Of a stretch of 64,000 nucleotides of DNA, positions 12,741-25,802 are shown piece after piece. The notes beneath the pieces were generated by a model, which saw nothing but the letters and a program-made list of their open reading frames with translations, ran no database searches and was not told the origin of the DNA. The first letter of the stretch is position 1. Each line of letters opens with the position of its first letter. Source of the DNA: Octopus sinensis (lineage: Eukaryota); assembly GCF_006345805.1 (NCBI RefSeq), contig NC_042999.1, positions 138,632,001-138,696,000 of the forward strand, given 5' to 3'. The position numbers and the translations under genes were made by a program.

Positions 12741-13904
12741 AGGCCAATATATATATATATTGAAATATTTAAAATGAAGCCATCACTCAGAATTAAAGAT
12801 TACTTAGTAGTATAAACCAAACTTACTATTAATTGTTTTAGGTGTCTACATAGTTGCAAACATATATAGACATGCTCTCAACTTCCCACCATTGACCCAG
12901 TTAAATATCCAGAATCTAACAGCCAGAGGGAGAGAATGATGCATCAATACATGATTGATACTCATTTTAGCCAAGTAGACAGAGGCAATGTCAAATGAAA
13001 TGCCTTGCTCAGTCCAGAAATTCAACATATGATATACAGCCAACACCCAAGTCACAAAGCTACACATGCACATACATATAGGCATAGGCATGGCTGCAGA
13101 GTTGAGTGGTTCATCTACCAACAACATGGTTTCAGATTTAGTCCTACTTCATGGCAACTTGAACAAGCCTCTTCTTCTCTAACCTGAAGTCCGCTAATGC
13201 TTTGTGAATGGAATTAATAGACATAAACTGAATGGAAGCTTGTTGTGTATCATCATCATCATCATAGTTTTAACAGCCACTTTTTAAATGCTTGCATGAA
13301 TCAGATGGAATTTGTCAAGGTAGATTTTCTACAGCCAGATGTCCTTCCTATTAACCTTTACCAGCTTCCAAGCAAGGTTATAATTTCCTATATCCAGACA
13401 TGTTTTCACAGAACACTGAAAACAAAGAACACCCCTTGTATGGTACTATCACATGATGCCAAGATAAGGAGATACAAATATATATATATATATATATATA
13501 TACATACATATATAAAAATATACACACACACACAAGGTTTTGAAAAAATATGTGACAGTCACAATACTTAAAGAAAGATGTTTTTAACTATTTAAAAAGA
13601 ATTTTTTTGAAAGAAAACTTCTTTCCAAAAGATTCAAAGACATTCTGTTTTTCAAAAAAGAAAATCTTTTTAAATAGTTAACTAGAACATATTTCTATGA
13701 GTGTGTATAATGTATGTGTTTATGTATGTATACACACACACACACGATGAGTTTCTTACAGTTTCAATCTACAAAATTCATTCCGAAGGCTTTGATCAGC
13801 TTTTGGGCCAATAGTAGAAGACACTTGCACAAGGTATTACACAGTGAAGTTGAACCTGAAACAATATGATTCTTATGTGAAATTCTTAACCACACAACAG
13901 TGAG

Positions 13905-13942
<38 letters not shown>

Positions 13943-14019
13943 TATATATATATATATAGACACACACAGACATACAGATACACATTTTGTAAAGTAAGAG
14001 TTGTAAAATATCTATTTCA

Positions 14020-14224
14020 AATTTTGGCACAAGACCAACAATTTCAGGGGAGGAGTAAATCAATTACATCAACCCCAATTTTCAAGTGCGTGTTCTTTTA
14101 TCAAACCCAAAAAGATGAAAGGTAAAGTCAACCTCAGCAGAATTTGAACCCAGAATGTAAACATGGACAAAATGCTGTCTAACATTTTGCCTGGTGTGCT
14201 AACAATTCTGTCAGCTGCTGCCTT
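14020..14224 (-). mobile_element. SINE family A, decayed
   Basis: aaaggtaaagtcaacctcagcagaatttgaacc matches family A, with many CpG-to-TpG/CpA changes. Confidence 0.75.
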
Positions 14225-14324
14225 AAGAGTTGTAAGATATTGAAATATATCTTATGTAATGCAAACATTGTCTGATACAGAACTCAATATAGACTTTTGA
14301 TGTAATAAATATATCTATATAAAT

Positions 14325-14490
14325 AGGCACAGGAATGGCTGAGAGGTAAGTAGCTTGCTTACCAACCACATGGTTCTGGGTTCAGTTAAACTGCATGGCA
14401 CCTTAGGCAAGCGTCTTCTACTATAGCCTCAAGCCAACCAAAGCCTTGTGAGTGGATTTGGTAGAATGAAATTGAAGGAGGCTGTCGTAT
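14325..14490 (+). mobile_element. tRNA-headed SINE with CORE-like segment (family C)
   Basis: aggcacaggaatggctg...gggttcagtt...ggcaccttaggcaagcgtcttctactatagcc. The ccttgggcaagt-type motif is the hallmark of CORE-SINEs. Confidence 0.7.
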
Positions 14491-14539
14491 ATATATATTA
14501 TATATATATATATACACATATATGTACATATATAAAGTG

Positions 14540-14825
14540 GTGGTGTATGGCCCGTCATGAGGTTTAACATCGATTTCCAGACTTGGCTGTATGTTGTGTT
14601 CTTGAGCAAGATACTCTATTTCATGTTGCTCCAGTTCATTTAGCAGCAGAAATGAGTTGCAATGTCATTGGTGCCAAGCTGCATTGGCTTTTGCCTTTCC
14701 TTTGGACAGCATTAGTAGCATGGAGAGGAGAGACTGATATGCATGAGCAACTGCTGGTCTTCCACAAAATAACTTTGCCTGGATTGTGCCTCAGAGAGGA
14801 ACTTTCCAGGCACAAACCCATGACG
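14540..14825 (+). mobile_element. SINE-like element, distinct family, degenerate
   Basis: B-box-like tcgatttccagac followed by tgttgtgttcttgagcaagatact...gctccagttcatttagc. The 5' part resembles the SINE at 63037-63348. Confidence 0.5.
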
Positions 14826-15339
14826 TAGGTCTTTACTCTTTTATACATATGAAATAACATACACAAATATATACATATAAGTATGCATATATACACAGAT
14901 ATTGACATATGTGTATACATTCATATAAATACATTATGTATCTTCTGTAAAACATGTCAGACCATGGGGAAATATTACGTTACTTAGAAGCTGGTATCAG
15001 GAAGAGCATCCACCCATAAAAATTCTCTTTCAACCAACTTTGTCCAATCCATGGGAGCATAGAAAAATAGACGTTAAAACAATTTATATATTACATATAC
15101 ACAGAGAAATGTATATGATTGTGAAAAGTATGTATATATTATATTTGAGGACACCTATACTAAATTTTTACCTGTCTAATATTACCTATTGTTATCTTAA
15201 ACCCTATGCAAACTTATTATTCTTCATATAGTCCTTATCATTTTTTTTACTTCGTTCGAGTTGCAGGAATCGGACCTCAATTATCTCCCTTATATTGCAT
15301 ATCAACTATCCAGAGTACATGAATCTCCTTGATTTTCCA

Positions 15340-15372
<33 letters not shown>

Positions 15373-17852
15373 GCTATCTTAATTGGTAATTTGCCTGTAG
15401 ATGTAGCTCTCCAGTTTCCACGAAGCTTTCGTTCCTATTTACCTCTGTACATGCTAGAGTTTAGTTGTCTTCAGTTTACTTCATTATGTAATTTCTCTAT
15501 ACCTTGTTGGAGGTTAATATTTAATTTTTTACTGAATGAATACTAATGCTGTAATGGTATTTCTCATTCTTCCAGTCTTTGGATATTGAAAATTTACTCA
15601 ATCATCCACTCAAACTGTTCGAATTTCTTTACATCTAGAACTTAGAATATATCTCAGTTATTCTCTTTGTTAATTCCAGAGGCATTTTGTACTTACTACA
15701 TTCATTGGTTTTATAAGCTCTTAACTCTTACACTTTCAGTTTGACAAACCACCTTCGCCGAGACTTCGAAATCACTGTCGTTCTTTCTGTTTATGATGAA
15801 TTTTTTTTTTGGGGGGGGGGGGGGATTTAATAATTTTTAAAGTTGTTATATTTAAATTTTAAGAACACTGTGTGCATCCTGATACATACTGTCCATGCAT
15901 ATTGTAAAAAGTAACTTATAAGGGTTGGCAACAGGAAGGGCATCAAAAAGGAACCATATGTATGAGACTTTGGCCTGCAAGGCAAGCAATAGTTAACATT
16001 TAAGAATTAACAATCCGGGTGAACTGACGAGACGATTTAGAATGAAAAGACGAGCAATCATCATTGTGTTTTTTTAATTATTGTCATTATCCTCATTTTT
16101 TTTCTTTTTAATCAATAGAAAAATAATAAATGCAAATGCACACATTTGTGTGTGCGTGTGAGTTAAAGTGAGAGATAGAGAGTAAAACAGTACTCATACA
16201 CAGATGCTCATTATTGTTAACCATTTGGAGGCAAGAGAAAGTTGGCAGCGCCGGTTTCATTTCCCGGTGGGTCATGTCGCTTCAGTTAGATAGCAATAAA
16301 TTACTCTATTGGAAGTTGTGACGTCTTACTTTATCCACACTATAAACAGGAGGCACATTGTATATGAAGAAAAAAATTGTTATTCTTCTTTACATAAAAG
16401 AAACAATCGTTTTCATGGAAATTATTATTATTATATTATCATGTAATTTTGATCAATTTTGTCGCTCAGCCTCCCAGAATTATCAAGTATCAACAAAACA
16501 TTTCAATAAGCTGTGTTCTGTTGCAAAAATGTGTAACCATGTGCCAATGTTAGAAACCATTACCAAATAGAACTGATGATAAGGTTGCCTCTACGTGCTC
16601 TCGCGACTTGCTAAGGGCTAAACAACAATGATAACTTATTTTCTTAAAACCCAACTCAGTTAAGAAGGCAACGTGTCTATATTTAAAAAAAAAATCATTA
16701 CTAATAATACTAAGATTTAAAAAAATTCATTGTCGTATATTAAGACAGCTCATAGTTCAAATTTTAGCGGAATTATGTTTAACTTTTAACTCACCAAGGA
16801 TCAATAATGCAATGTAATAGTAACACATACTGGTGTCACATTAACTGATTATTCCCCCACCCTATCTCCACTCCCATTCAAAAATTTGTCGAATGCATAA
16901 TAAACAAATATTTTAAAACAACTCACATTTGACTCAAAGAGATTCATTTAGCGTGCAAATAAGCAGCGAATACCGGTCGCTTGGGTTGATACAAGATGAA
17001 TCGATTAAATATCGTGTTCTTTTAAATATAGGTGCTTGGAGGTGCTAGAGTTCTTTAAGCTAACCATAAAATGACCAGCGATTAGGATCGAAGAGTGAAA
17101 TAGAGCAGGATAGTTGTTTCCATGCTGCCTGAAGCAGTATGTCCAAAGATAGTGGAAACAGCGCAAGCGATTACTTCTTTCCTACTCCCCATCCTTTTCT
17201 GTCTGGTTCCATTAGTTCGCATCGTCTAGCCAGTCGTCTGTGTCTCCTTGTCACTGACACTCCAAACACTCCCCTGTTCAAACACTCTACTCTTCATGTA
17301 GAGCTGCACCAATACAGCATTTTCATCTTTATCGCCATATCATGTTTTTTCCGTATAAACTTTTATCTCTTTTTATGTAACAATTTTTATCCTTTCTTCT
17401 CTTCCGTAAATCACACTAGACACCAATATTTTTAGGCAGCAAATAGAAAAAAACCACAACAATAACAAAAGCACCCGGCTTCTGTCAGTGAAATGAAAAT
17501 AAAGATGCAACTAAGAAAAACGATAATGATTTATCTAACAATTATTAATTAACAACAATAACACTGAGAAAAATAGCACAATATTTTTTCATTAAAATAT
17601 TCATCAAAACCCTTAATATAAACATTGCGTATAAATACACAAGTTGTATGTGTGTGTGTGTATATATATATATACAATGTGTGCATGTACATATCAAACC
17701 AACTTGCCAGTCTAATTAAGAAACAAATATAGGCGAAAAAATATTGACTGGAAAGTTGTTTTAGCTGATTTACACTTTTTGTTGTTATTGTTTTGGAAAG
17801 GAAAGTGGGAAGTGAATAGTTTAAGGAATTTGTTTTTAAAAAAATCTCTTAC

Positions 17853-18050
17853 ATTTCAATGTAGTCGTTGTATGAGTAATCTATAATCTCCGACCGATTC
17901 CTTCCATCTGGACACCGAACGATGCCGGTAATGTTTGTATTCTGATAACAATTACACGATACAAGCAAGGTACTCCAATGTCGCCGTCTATCGCGTTAAG
18001 GTGAAAGCGAGAGACGAGCACTAATCGACAGACACGGTTATCTCCCTTCT
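17853..18050 (-). other. Candidate non-coding first exon (CpG-rich) of an unidentified minus-strand transcript
   Basis: CpG-rich stretch ending in a donor-like GAAAT|GTAAGA (GT at 17852-17851), with a long purine-rich (minus strand) tract at 18060-18750 upstream. No productive ATG found. Confidence 0.25.
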
Positions 18051-20654
18051 ACAGTCATTAATTAGCCTTTCTTTCTCTTTTTAATTTGTTTGCTTTTTTA
18101 TTTCGCTTTTAAAATCTTTTAAATGTATTTTTACTTTTCTCTCATATTCCTTCTTTCATTCGTTTGTTCTTTTTTGTTTACTTTTTTCTCTCATTCTCCC
18201 TCATTACCTATTCCATCCACGCACACGTATGTTTATGCATGTATATGTGTATAAATTTACTCTTCTTTAAATACGGTTTCTTTCGCTACTTAGTTCTTAA
18301 ATGGTTTCACCTTATTCTCTCACTCCCTCGCTCTCACCTTCTTTCTTTCTGTTGTTTTTCTTCTCTCTCTCTCTCTCTCTCATTTTCACATTTATTTCCT
18401 TGTTCTTCATCGATTTCTCATGTTCTCTCCGCCGCTTTCCTCATTATTTTTCTCAGTTAAATTTCACTGACTTTTTTCTTTTCTTAACCCTTCTGTTTTT
18501 CTCCTATTCTCCAAATCTCCCCCCCCCTCCATGTTACTTCCTCTCACATTCCTTCCCTTCCCTTCCCTTCCCACCTTTTCGTTCTAATTACAGATATGTA
18601 GGCCACTTCTTGTTACTCAACACTCCTTTTACTCCTTTAGCAGTGTTTACTTTTGATTCCATCACTGTATTTTTAAAATTACTATTATTCTTTTTTCCTG
18701 ATTTCATTTTTACGGTTTTCCCGACATAAATTGGTTAATGATATACAATTTCGTAGTTTTGTTGTAGCTTATTCTTTACTTTATCTCTTCTTTATTTTAT
18801 CAGAATAAGTAATTCTTGTCTGTAATTTTTATAAACATTTTGTCCGCCTCGCAAAACCAGAAGGAATAAGGGTGCAAGGAGACTTTTGAAGCATGTAGAC
18901 GATTAAAAACTAGGTTTTAAAACTAAATGAATTTATAATTTAGTAATTCTCAAAATGTCTGAAAGCGGTTAACGTTATCGAATGATAGGAATATATATTT
19001 TCGAAACTAAGTGAATAAATGTTGAAAACATAATTTCATCAATGCAGAGTTTCGGAATAAGCACCACCATCACGTAACTTTTATCCCCCTTTTTTTTTAT
19101 ATATATATATATACTCGGATATCTATGTTTTAAACATTGGAGATTATGCTTCTGCAGACAGAAAAATAAAAATTGAAAATTTTAATTTGTTCATTTCCAT
19201 TCTCCTCTTTTGCGTCTGAGAGTGTGCAACCGACCGTAATAGGTCATGAAGTTCTCAGTAATGTTTTTCATTATACATTAAAAAAAGCAAAACCAGTTTT
19301 CAGATTTTTCTTTTAAACATTTACAGATTCAAAATGTGCCGAAAAAATATCCGAGTGGTAATATTTCTTTTACATATTATTTTTAGAATCGAAAAACGTA
19401 TATAAATATGTAGAAGTGTTGTTTGAATTTTTTAAAATTAAAAAACAAAACGTCCAGTTGCGTATTCTGAGATGAAATAGGCAAACAAATCATGACATTT
19501 TGTAAATTTTTTCAGGGGTGTGGAGAAAGAGAGATAGAGAGAGTTACAATCTCTCTTTTTTAAGCAAAAATTCAAAAGATTTTTACAAAAAGTTACGGGA
19601 TGGGGGCTTACTCCGAAACTTCACATTTATCAGAAATATTACTATATCCCATTCAACAACTGATACTCGAAACAAGAGACAAAAAGTTTTTATATCGTTT
19701 CAAATAATCTTACAATCTTTTTCTCACATACAACACTTAATGTCATTGACAAAAAGCATAAGCGTCATTGTTTATCGTTTTCTTAGGGTAAGGGGAAATA
19801 GCAATGATAATCTGTAACGTAAGCAAAGAGGTTGCACGTGAGAATCAAAAGTAGCTGCATACTTGGTCAAATACTGGGATCAATGTAATCGACGAAACAC
19901 TCCTAAAGCGTGCGTCCTGATTCAAGAAATTTTGTATGATATTTAGTTACGGTCTTTTTAACATTCTGAGTTCAAATTCCAATGAAGTCAACTTTTCTTT
20001 TCAAACTTCCAAGGTCAATAAAAAAAATATTGGAGCTCAATATTTGAATGCGGTGATGAGCATGGCCACAATATAAAAAGTCATATGTATGTATGTATGT
20101 ATGAAGAGGGAGGAGAAGAGGTTGTTGGTCAGGAAAGTAAAGGAGGGAGCGGGTGGAACGGATGAGGAGGCGGGAAGTGCGGGCTAGGGTGGGCTCGATA
20201 AGGTGGGAGGAATAGGGAGTGGCGTGGACTTCAAGAGGAAGCCACGGGGTGTGACGTGATGGCTAGAGTGGCGAGTTTTTTTAAAAAGCAAGTGAGAGTT
20301 TTTTTTGCGGGTTGCAAGCATTGTGGGCGGGTGGGAGAGGCAAGAAAACGGCAAAGAAGGGATTGGCGGTGTTGGAGGAAGGGGTGGAGGTCAGGGATGG
20401 TGAAAAGGTGTGAATGTCGGTGTAGGTGTAAATGGTGGCAACAAAAAGAGAAAAGTGGGAGTGGAAAGAAAGAAGGAAGGTAAAAAGAGGACGAGAAAAA
20501 GTGGCAGAGTCACTGACAAATTTTTGATGATTTCCAATCACGATTAGAGTGGCATACTCCGGATGAATAGTAACAGTAATCCGCAGGTGTAAAAATTCCA
20601 GGAATTGGTTATCCAAGTCAGTAAGAAGGCCGGAGTCCGTATGAGCGTGCGGTA

Positions 20655-20810
20655 GTTCAAATTCCGCCGAGGTCGACTTTGCCTTTCATCCTTTCGGGGT
20701 CGATTAAATAAGTACCAGCTATGCACTGGAGTCGATGTAATCGACTTAATACCTATGTCTGTCCTTGTTTGTCCCCTCTATGTTTAGCCCCATCTGGGTA
20801 ATAAAGAAAT
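20655..20810 (+). mobile_element. SINE family A, 5'-truncated
   Basis: gttcaaattccgccgaggtcgactttgcctttcatcctttcggggtcga, with CpGs retained. Confidence 0.8.
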
Positions 20811-20826
20811 AGTTATATATAGTTAA

Positions 20827-21044
<218 letters not shown>

Positions 21045-21129
21045 TAATGGTCATTTTTGCTCAACCGCTAAGTTGCGGGGACGTAAAGACATCAACGAGT
21101 GTCCAGCGGTGGCGGTGTGAGACAAACAT

Positions 21130-21217
21130 AAACACAGACACACACAAACACACACACGCACACACACACATACACACACACACGCACACACACACATACA
21201 CACACACTATATATATA

Positions 21218-21260
<43 letters not shown>

Positions 21261-21356
21261 AATATAAATTAAAAACAGAATACAAAGGATATCGCGGTAC
21301 ACGTGTTTCAAGCTTTATAAACAATCCGTTATTACATCAGTGTATTATTGATATAT

Positions 21357-21430
<74 letters not shown>

Positions 21431-21525
21431 GTATGCATGTATAAATGTATGTATATATATATGTGTATATATATATATGTGTATGTATATATGTATATAT
21501 ATATATATGTAATATGTATGTATAC

Positions 21526-21600
<75 letters not shown>

Positions 21601-21679
21601 GTATATACATTTATGTATGTATATGTATTTATGTATGTATGTATATATACATACATACATATACACACACATACATATA

Positions 21680-21756
<77 letters not shown>

Positions 21757-21792
21757 ATATATATATGTATATATATATATATACACACACAT
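21130..21792. repeat. Compound (CA)n/(TA)n/(TATG)n microsatellite
   Basis: About 660 bp of nearly uninterrupted alternating purine-pyrimidine dinucleotides, broken by a unique insert at ~21260-21350. Explains the YI/HT-repeat ORFs in the ORF track. Confidence 0.95.
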
Positions 21793-22243
21793 CAAAATAA
21801 GCAACATGACATCAAGTAGTGATGCAGTACGACCGTTTCAAGCGACTCCATTTAATTGAACAATGCAATCATTACATCAATTTAAATGCAATGCCATCAT
21901 CAATAGCACAAATAGATAAATAGAATTTTAACTAGTCGGACACATTAAAATAATTTTTCTCAAATATTTTAACAGACCAAGAAGATGGAAGAAAATCTTT
22001 TTGTCACTATTATACCTAAGGATAGACTACACTTCCAAGAATCGCATGAAGCCTATTGGGGTCATAAAATAAAGTTATTAAGGGATTGTAATTCGTGCGA
22101 TTCTTGGAAGTGTAACCGATTATTACCAATTGGTTGATTACCAATGAACAATTAGGGACCTTCTGTGTTTGTCTCCCATCTGGTTGTACACTCAGTATAC
22201 GTTATGTCGTTTGTTTATTTACCATACATTTTTCAATATATAT

Positions 22244-22327
<84 letters not shown>

Positions 22328-22433
22328 TTAAAATAATAAGGGTAAAAAACTGAATATTAATTTGATTAATATCAATTTAAAACCAGTGGTCTAGCATACT
22401 GAAAAATCTGAAGATTCAGAAAATTTATATTCT

Positions 22434-22960
22434 ATACATATAAGAGGGATGACTACTAAGTGTACATCGATTATACTAGAAGTAGACCCCCTATGGTTTT
22501 ACTACTAAGAAAGGATTGTTCTGAAGAAAATTTAGCAAACGCCAGAACGTAAGTGAGTAAGACAAATCAAAAGATACAAAATATAAAGATTAATCACAAA
22601 CCTGATTTCGTTGTTACCACTTACGTAATTGTCCGCATCTCATCAGTGTGATCGTCATAGCAAAATATAATTTGAAGAACTATACACAAAACGTCCGCAT
22701 GAGATTGAACATGTACACAGTTCTACCAATTACATTTGAGGTTATCTTTCAAAAGTCTTCGTTTTGGCGCGACAAAATACCGGAAATAATTCTGCAGAAA
22801 AATATTCTCTACAGTGAATTTTGCCGGTTAGAGAACATAGTTATTTGAATTTAAAATAATAAGGGTGAAAAATTGAATATTAATTTGATTAATATCAATT
22901 TAAAGACCATAGGGTGTCTACTTCTAGCATAAAGGATGTCCACTTAGTGGTCATCCCTCT

Positions 22961-22968
<8 letters not shown>
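22434..22968. mobile_element. Non-autonomous DNA element (MITE) with ~63-bp imperfect TIRs
   Basis: atacatataagagggatgactactaagtgtacatcgattatactagaagtagaccccctatgg (22434-22496) versus the reverse complement of 22906-22968, atacatataagagggatgaccactaagtggacatcctttatgctagaagtagacaccctatgg. TA-rich flanks. Confidence 0.8.
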
Positions 22969-22992
<24 letters not shown>

Positions 22993-23242
22993 TGTATGTA
23001 TGTATGTATGTATGTATATCACGTGACCGACCAGGCTATCAGGTGTTGCTACACATTGCTGGTCACAATGCGCTTCGCATTGTTTTAGCCTTCAAATGAC
23101 TCCATTCCGCTGGCTAAGCGAGCAGGCCAGTATATATATATATTAGTAAATCCAAAAAACGAAGAACAAACACACAAAAAAAAACGCGGGGACATGGTAC
23201 ATGTAAAATATTAGCAGACACTCAGGGATGGTCAGAAAAGTG

Positions 23243-23277
23243 GTTTTACGTTTCGAGCAAAGCTCTTCTTCAGAAAC
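23243..23277 (-). ncRNA. Minimal type I hammerhead ribozyme motif (Penelope-like element type)
   Basis: Minus strand reads GTTT-CTGAAGA-A-GAGC-TTT-GCTC-GAAA-CGT-A/AAAC. Core CUGANGA and GAAA are intact, helix II is GAGC:GCTC, helix III is the palindrome ACGT, the cleavage triplet is GUA, and helix I is GTTT:AAAC. Confidence 0.7.
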
Positions 23278-23439
23278 AGGAAAGTCCAATAGAAAAGGAA
23301 GACGGAGGGAAAAAAATCGTCAACGATTCACACGTGGTTACATTTTGAAATATGTATATATATCCGTAGCGTGCACTCGAGTGAAATTCCTCTTCCCTTT
23401 ATTATATATACGTACATTCAAACGTAGCAGACAACAGCT

Positions 23440-23760
23440 AGCCTTTGGCCGCTATTTGGATCTCGTTGTGTCCACTACTCTGATTGGTTGGTATTGAGCA
23501 ATTTGTCTCTTACTCTGTCGCGCCAATATGCGGGTTCTTCTTTCGCTTTCGTTTTCTCGAGGAGGTGGACTCAAAAAGCAAAAAGTCTTACCTTACAGTA
23601 GAGCGTCTTTCAGTTCAACTTCCGCCAGCTGCATACGAGCGTGACGACTTCAACAGGTGCGTGAAGAACACTGTTTTTGTTCTTTTTTTCTTTTTAGGAC
23701 GGAGCTCAAGGCTAGACGTCTTCTCAGTTTAACCCGGAAGCAAGCTTCTTACCCTACACC
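23440..23760. promoter_or_regulatory. CpG-rich promoter-like region
   Basis: ATTGG at 23483-23487 and CCAAT at 23523-23527. ETS-like ACTTCCGCC at 23618-23626 and CCGGAAG at 23734-23740. E2F-like TTGGCGCG on the minus strand. Splice-donor-like sites on both strands. Confidence 0.45.
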
Positions 23761-23770
23761 CACGCCTGCG

Positions 23771-23807
<37 letters not shown>

Positions 23808-24519
23808 ACGCATTTATATATATAATATTAAGTATGTTATAGAAAATATGGGCTATTTACGGAGTGCTCAATGAGAACCTATGCGAAAAAATATAGAGTA
23901 GAGGAAATTGAAAACGCAAATCATAGGCAAACAGACTTGATTTTATTTATTTTTCTTTGACTTGATATCTTGCGTCATTTCCTAGATGCATAAGGGATTT
24001 TTAGATGATTTAGGCTGTTTGCCATTTTAAAGGTTGACGCTTTTATTCCCATATTTATCAACCATTCATTCGTTTCGCACCTCCTATATTTATCATGCAT
24101 AACTCTTTACATGTAATCTTTATTTATATATAATTTTATATGTATTTTTATGCTTTTATATTTCTTTTATATTTTTATGTATGTTAGATTTTATTATTTA
24201 TACCCTTGGAGAATCTTTACGCCTGTACATGAATGATTTATATTGATGTTTATAAATATATGATTCAGTTACATTGATTAAATATCTTCATTTATGGGTT
24301 CGTGAATGTATTTGACTATCTATGATTTGCGTTTTCAATCTCCTCTACTCTGTATTTTTTCGCATACGCGCGCGCGCGCACACGCACACACACACACACA
24401 CACATACTTGTGTACCCTCGCGCATGAAAAAGTGAACGCTCCAGCTCGGCCATACGTGGATTGGGGCAAGGTTCAGGTCAGGTAATAAGTTATTAAAGAA
24501 GCGATGTGCGCATTCGCTA

Positions 24520-25060
24520 CCATTTTTCAACTTATCAGGGGTAATTTCCTCTCAGCCCATTTCTGAGTGAGACTGACCACTCTGTTTGTAACCTCATCCC
24601 AATTCTTGGCCAAGCTAGACAACGAGAAATTTCACTGGTCCGTCTGTCCATCGACCTACTATGCTTGTTCATTGGCATTATTTTGCCTCTCAAGTTGCTG
24701 AGCCGCAGGCCTACTGACTTGTTCGACTTATCTTGTATTCTTTTAAAATGGAGTCGACTACCTGAACTTCCGCGGTATCTGACACTATGAGTGTGATGTC
24801 ATCCGCACCGCATATACTGACCCAACTCTCCCGCATCCCAGTTCGAAGGGGATGCCCCTCAAGAGTTCTAGCTTCTGCGGCAAAGGCTCTGGCGCCAAAA
24901 CGTGTAGAAGAGATTAGAGAGGACACCCTGGCGGATCGAGAATGAGATATGAAACGGTTCTAAGAAGGGCCTGATTACTTTTACCATTATGCAAGCACCA
25001 GTGTCCATTGCTGCGATCCAGCATACTCATACACCATATTAGCTTGGACGCATTTTCCAT
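24520..25060 (-). mobile_element. Tx1-like (L1 clade) LINE reverse transcriptase fragment, degenerate
   Basis: Across frameshifts: SIRQG(CP)LS..L at ~24925-24940, ADDITLIVSD at ~24780-24806, and RWTDGPVKF...KNWDEVTNRVVSLTQKWAERKL at ~24545-24660. These are typical Tx1/L1 RT and thumb motifs. Confidence 0.75.
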
Positions 25061-25651
25061 CAAAGGGACACTTTTTTCCCAGGTTTGCTATTACACCTGT
25101 GTCCTAGTGAATGGGTTGTTGATGGTTGTATAGGAGGTCCGTTATCTATAGTTTCTGGTAGTAGTAGGTGAGTATTTGGCTCAGTTTTGGCGGTTGTGGT
25201 AGTATCAGAGTCAGCGGTAGCATGATCTGTCCCTGATTGCCCAATGGAAAGCTCAGTCTTTGCGACTGTTAGTACACGACATGGAGGTTGGGACTTTAAT
25301 ATTCTCGCGCTGGTTAACATTGAGAGATTTCCGATTATAATTTTTAGCTTGTTCTTATTATATACAGCGATAGTGGCTTCTAAATTCAGTCGTTGAGTAG
25401 GATAATTTAAAGATTTTTCTATTAAATATTACATGGTACCTATGATGAGATATGGGTGGAATTTTTCTTTACAGATTTCAAAAGGCCTTCGGAATATAGA
25501 TTTTCGGTGTTATTAGCGAAGGGAGGAAGGGAAAGATATACCAACATATTTGGTGCTTCCTTGGTTTGTTGATGCTTGTATGCCTGCAGCAGGTTCCAGG
25601 GTTTTATGTAGCTATGGTAATAATACTTTATTAAATTATATATGCATATTA

Positions 25652-25802
25652 CTGGGGAAGACCGGTTTATGGGATTACCCTGGGTTTCCCGATTTTGAAG
25701 AGGTCTTAGGCCAACAGGTTTTGGGGTCTGACGATACGCCATAAAGTTAAACCCTTTGTGAACGGGAAACCCAGGGTAATCTCATAAACCGGCTTTTCGC
25801 AG
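25652..25802. mobile_element. MITE with ~40-bp TIRs and TA target duplication
   Basis: TA-ctggggaagaccggtttatgggattaccctgggtttcccg versus the reverse complement of the right end, TA-ctgcgaaaagccggtttatgagattaccctgggtttcccg. Confidence 0.85.

Noticed and set aside
18164-18729. F/L/S-rich ORFs resembling membrane proteins
   Set aside because: Translations of a CT-rich low-complexity tract; no domain, no splice context.
21293-21345. Third hammerhead-like string on minus (CTGATGT...GAAACACGTGTA)
   Set aside because: A9 is mutated, helix II does not close and helix I cannot pair. At most a very decayed relic.
21047-21859. Several long overlapping ORFs (270, 147, 136, 124 aa) rich in Y/I/H/T/C/V
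   Set aside because: They are translations of (TA)n/(CA)n microsatellite, which lacks stop codons in most frames. The same applies to similar ORFs at 7640, 12313, 13764 and 22134.
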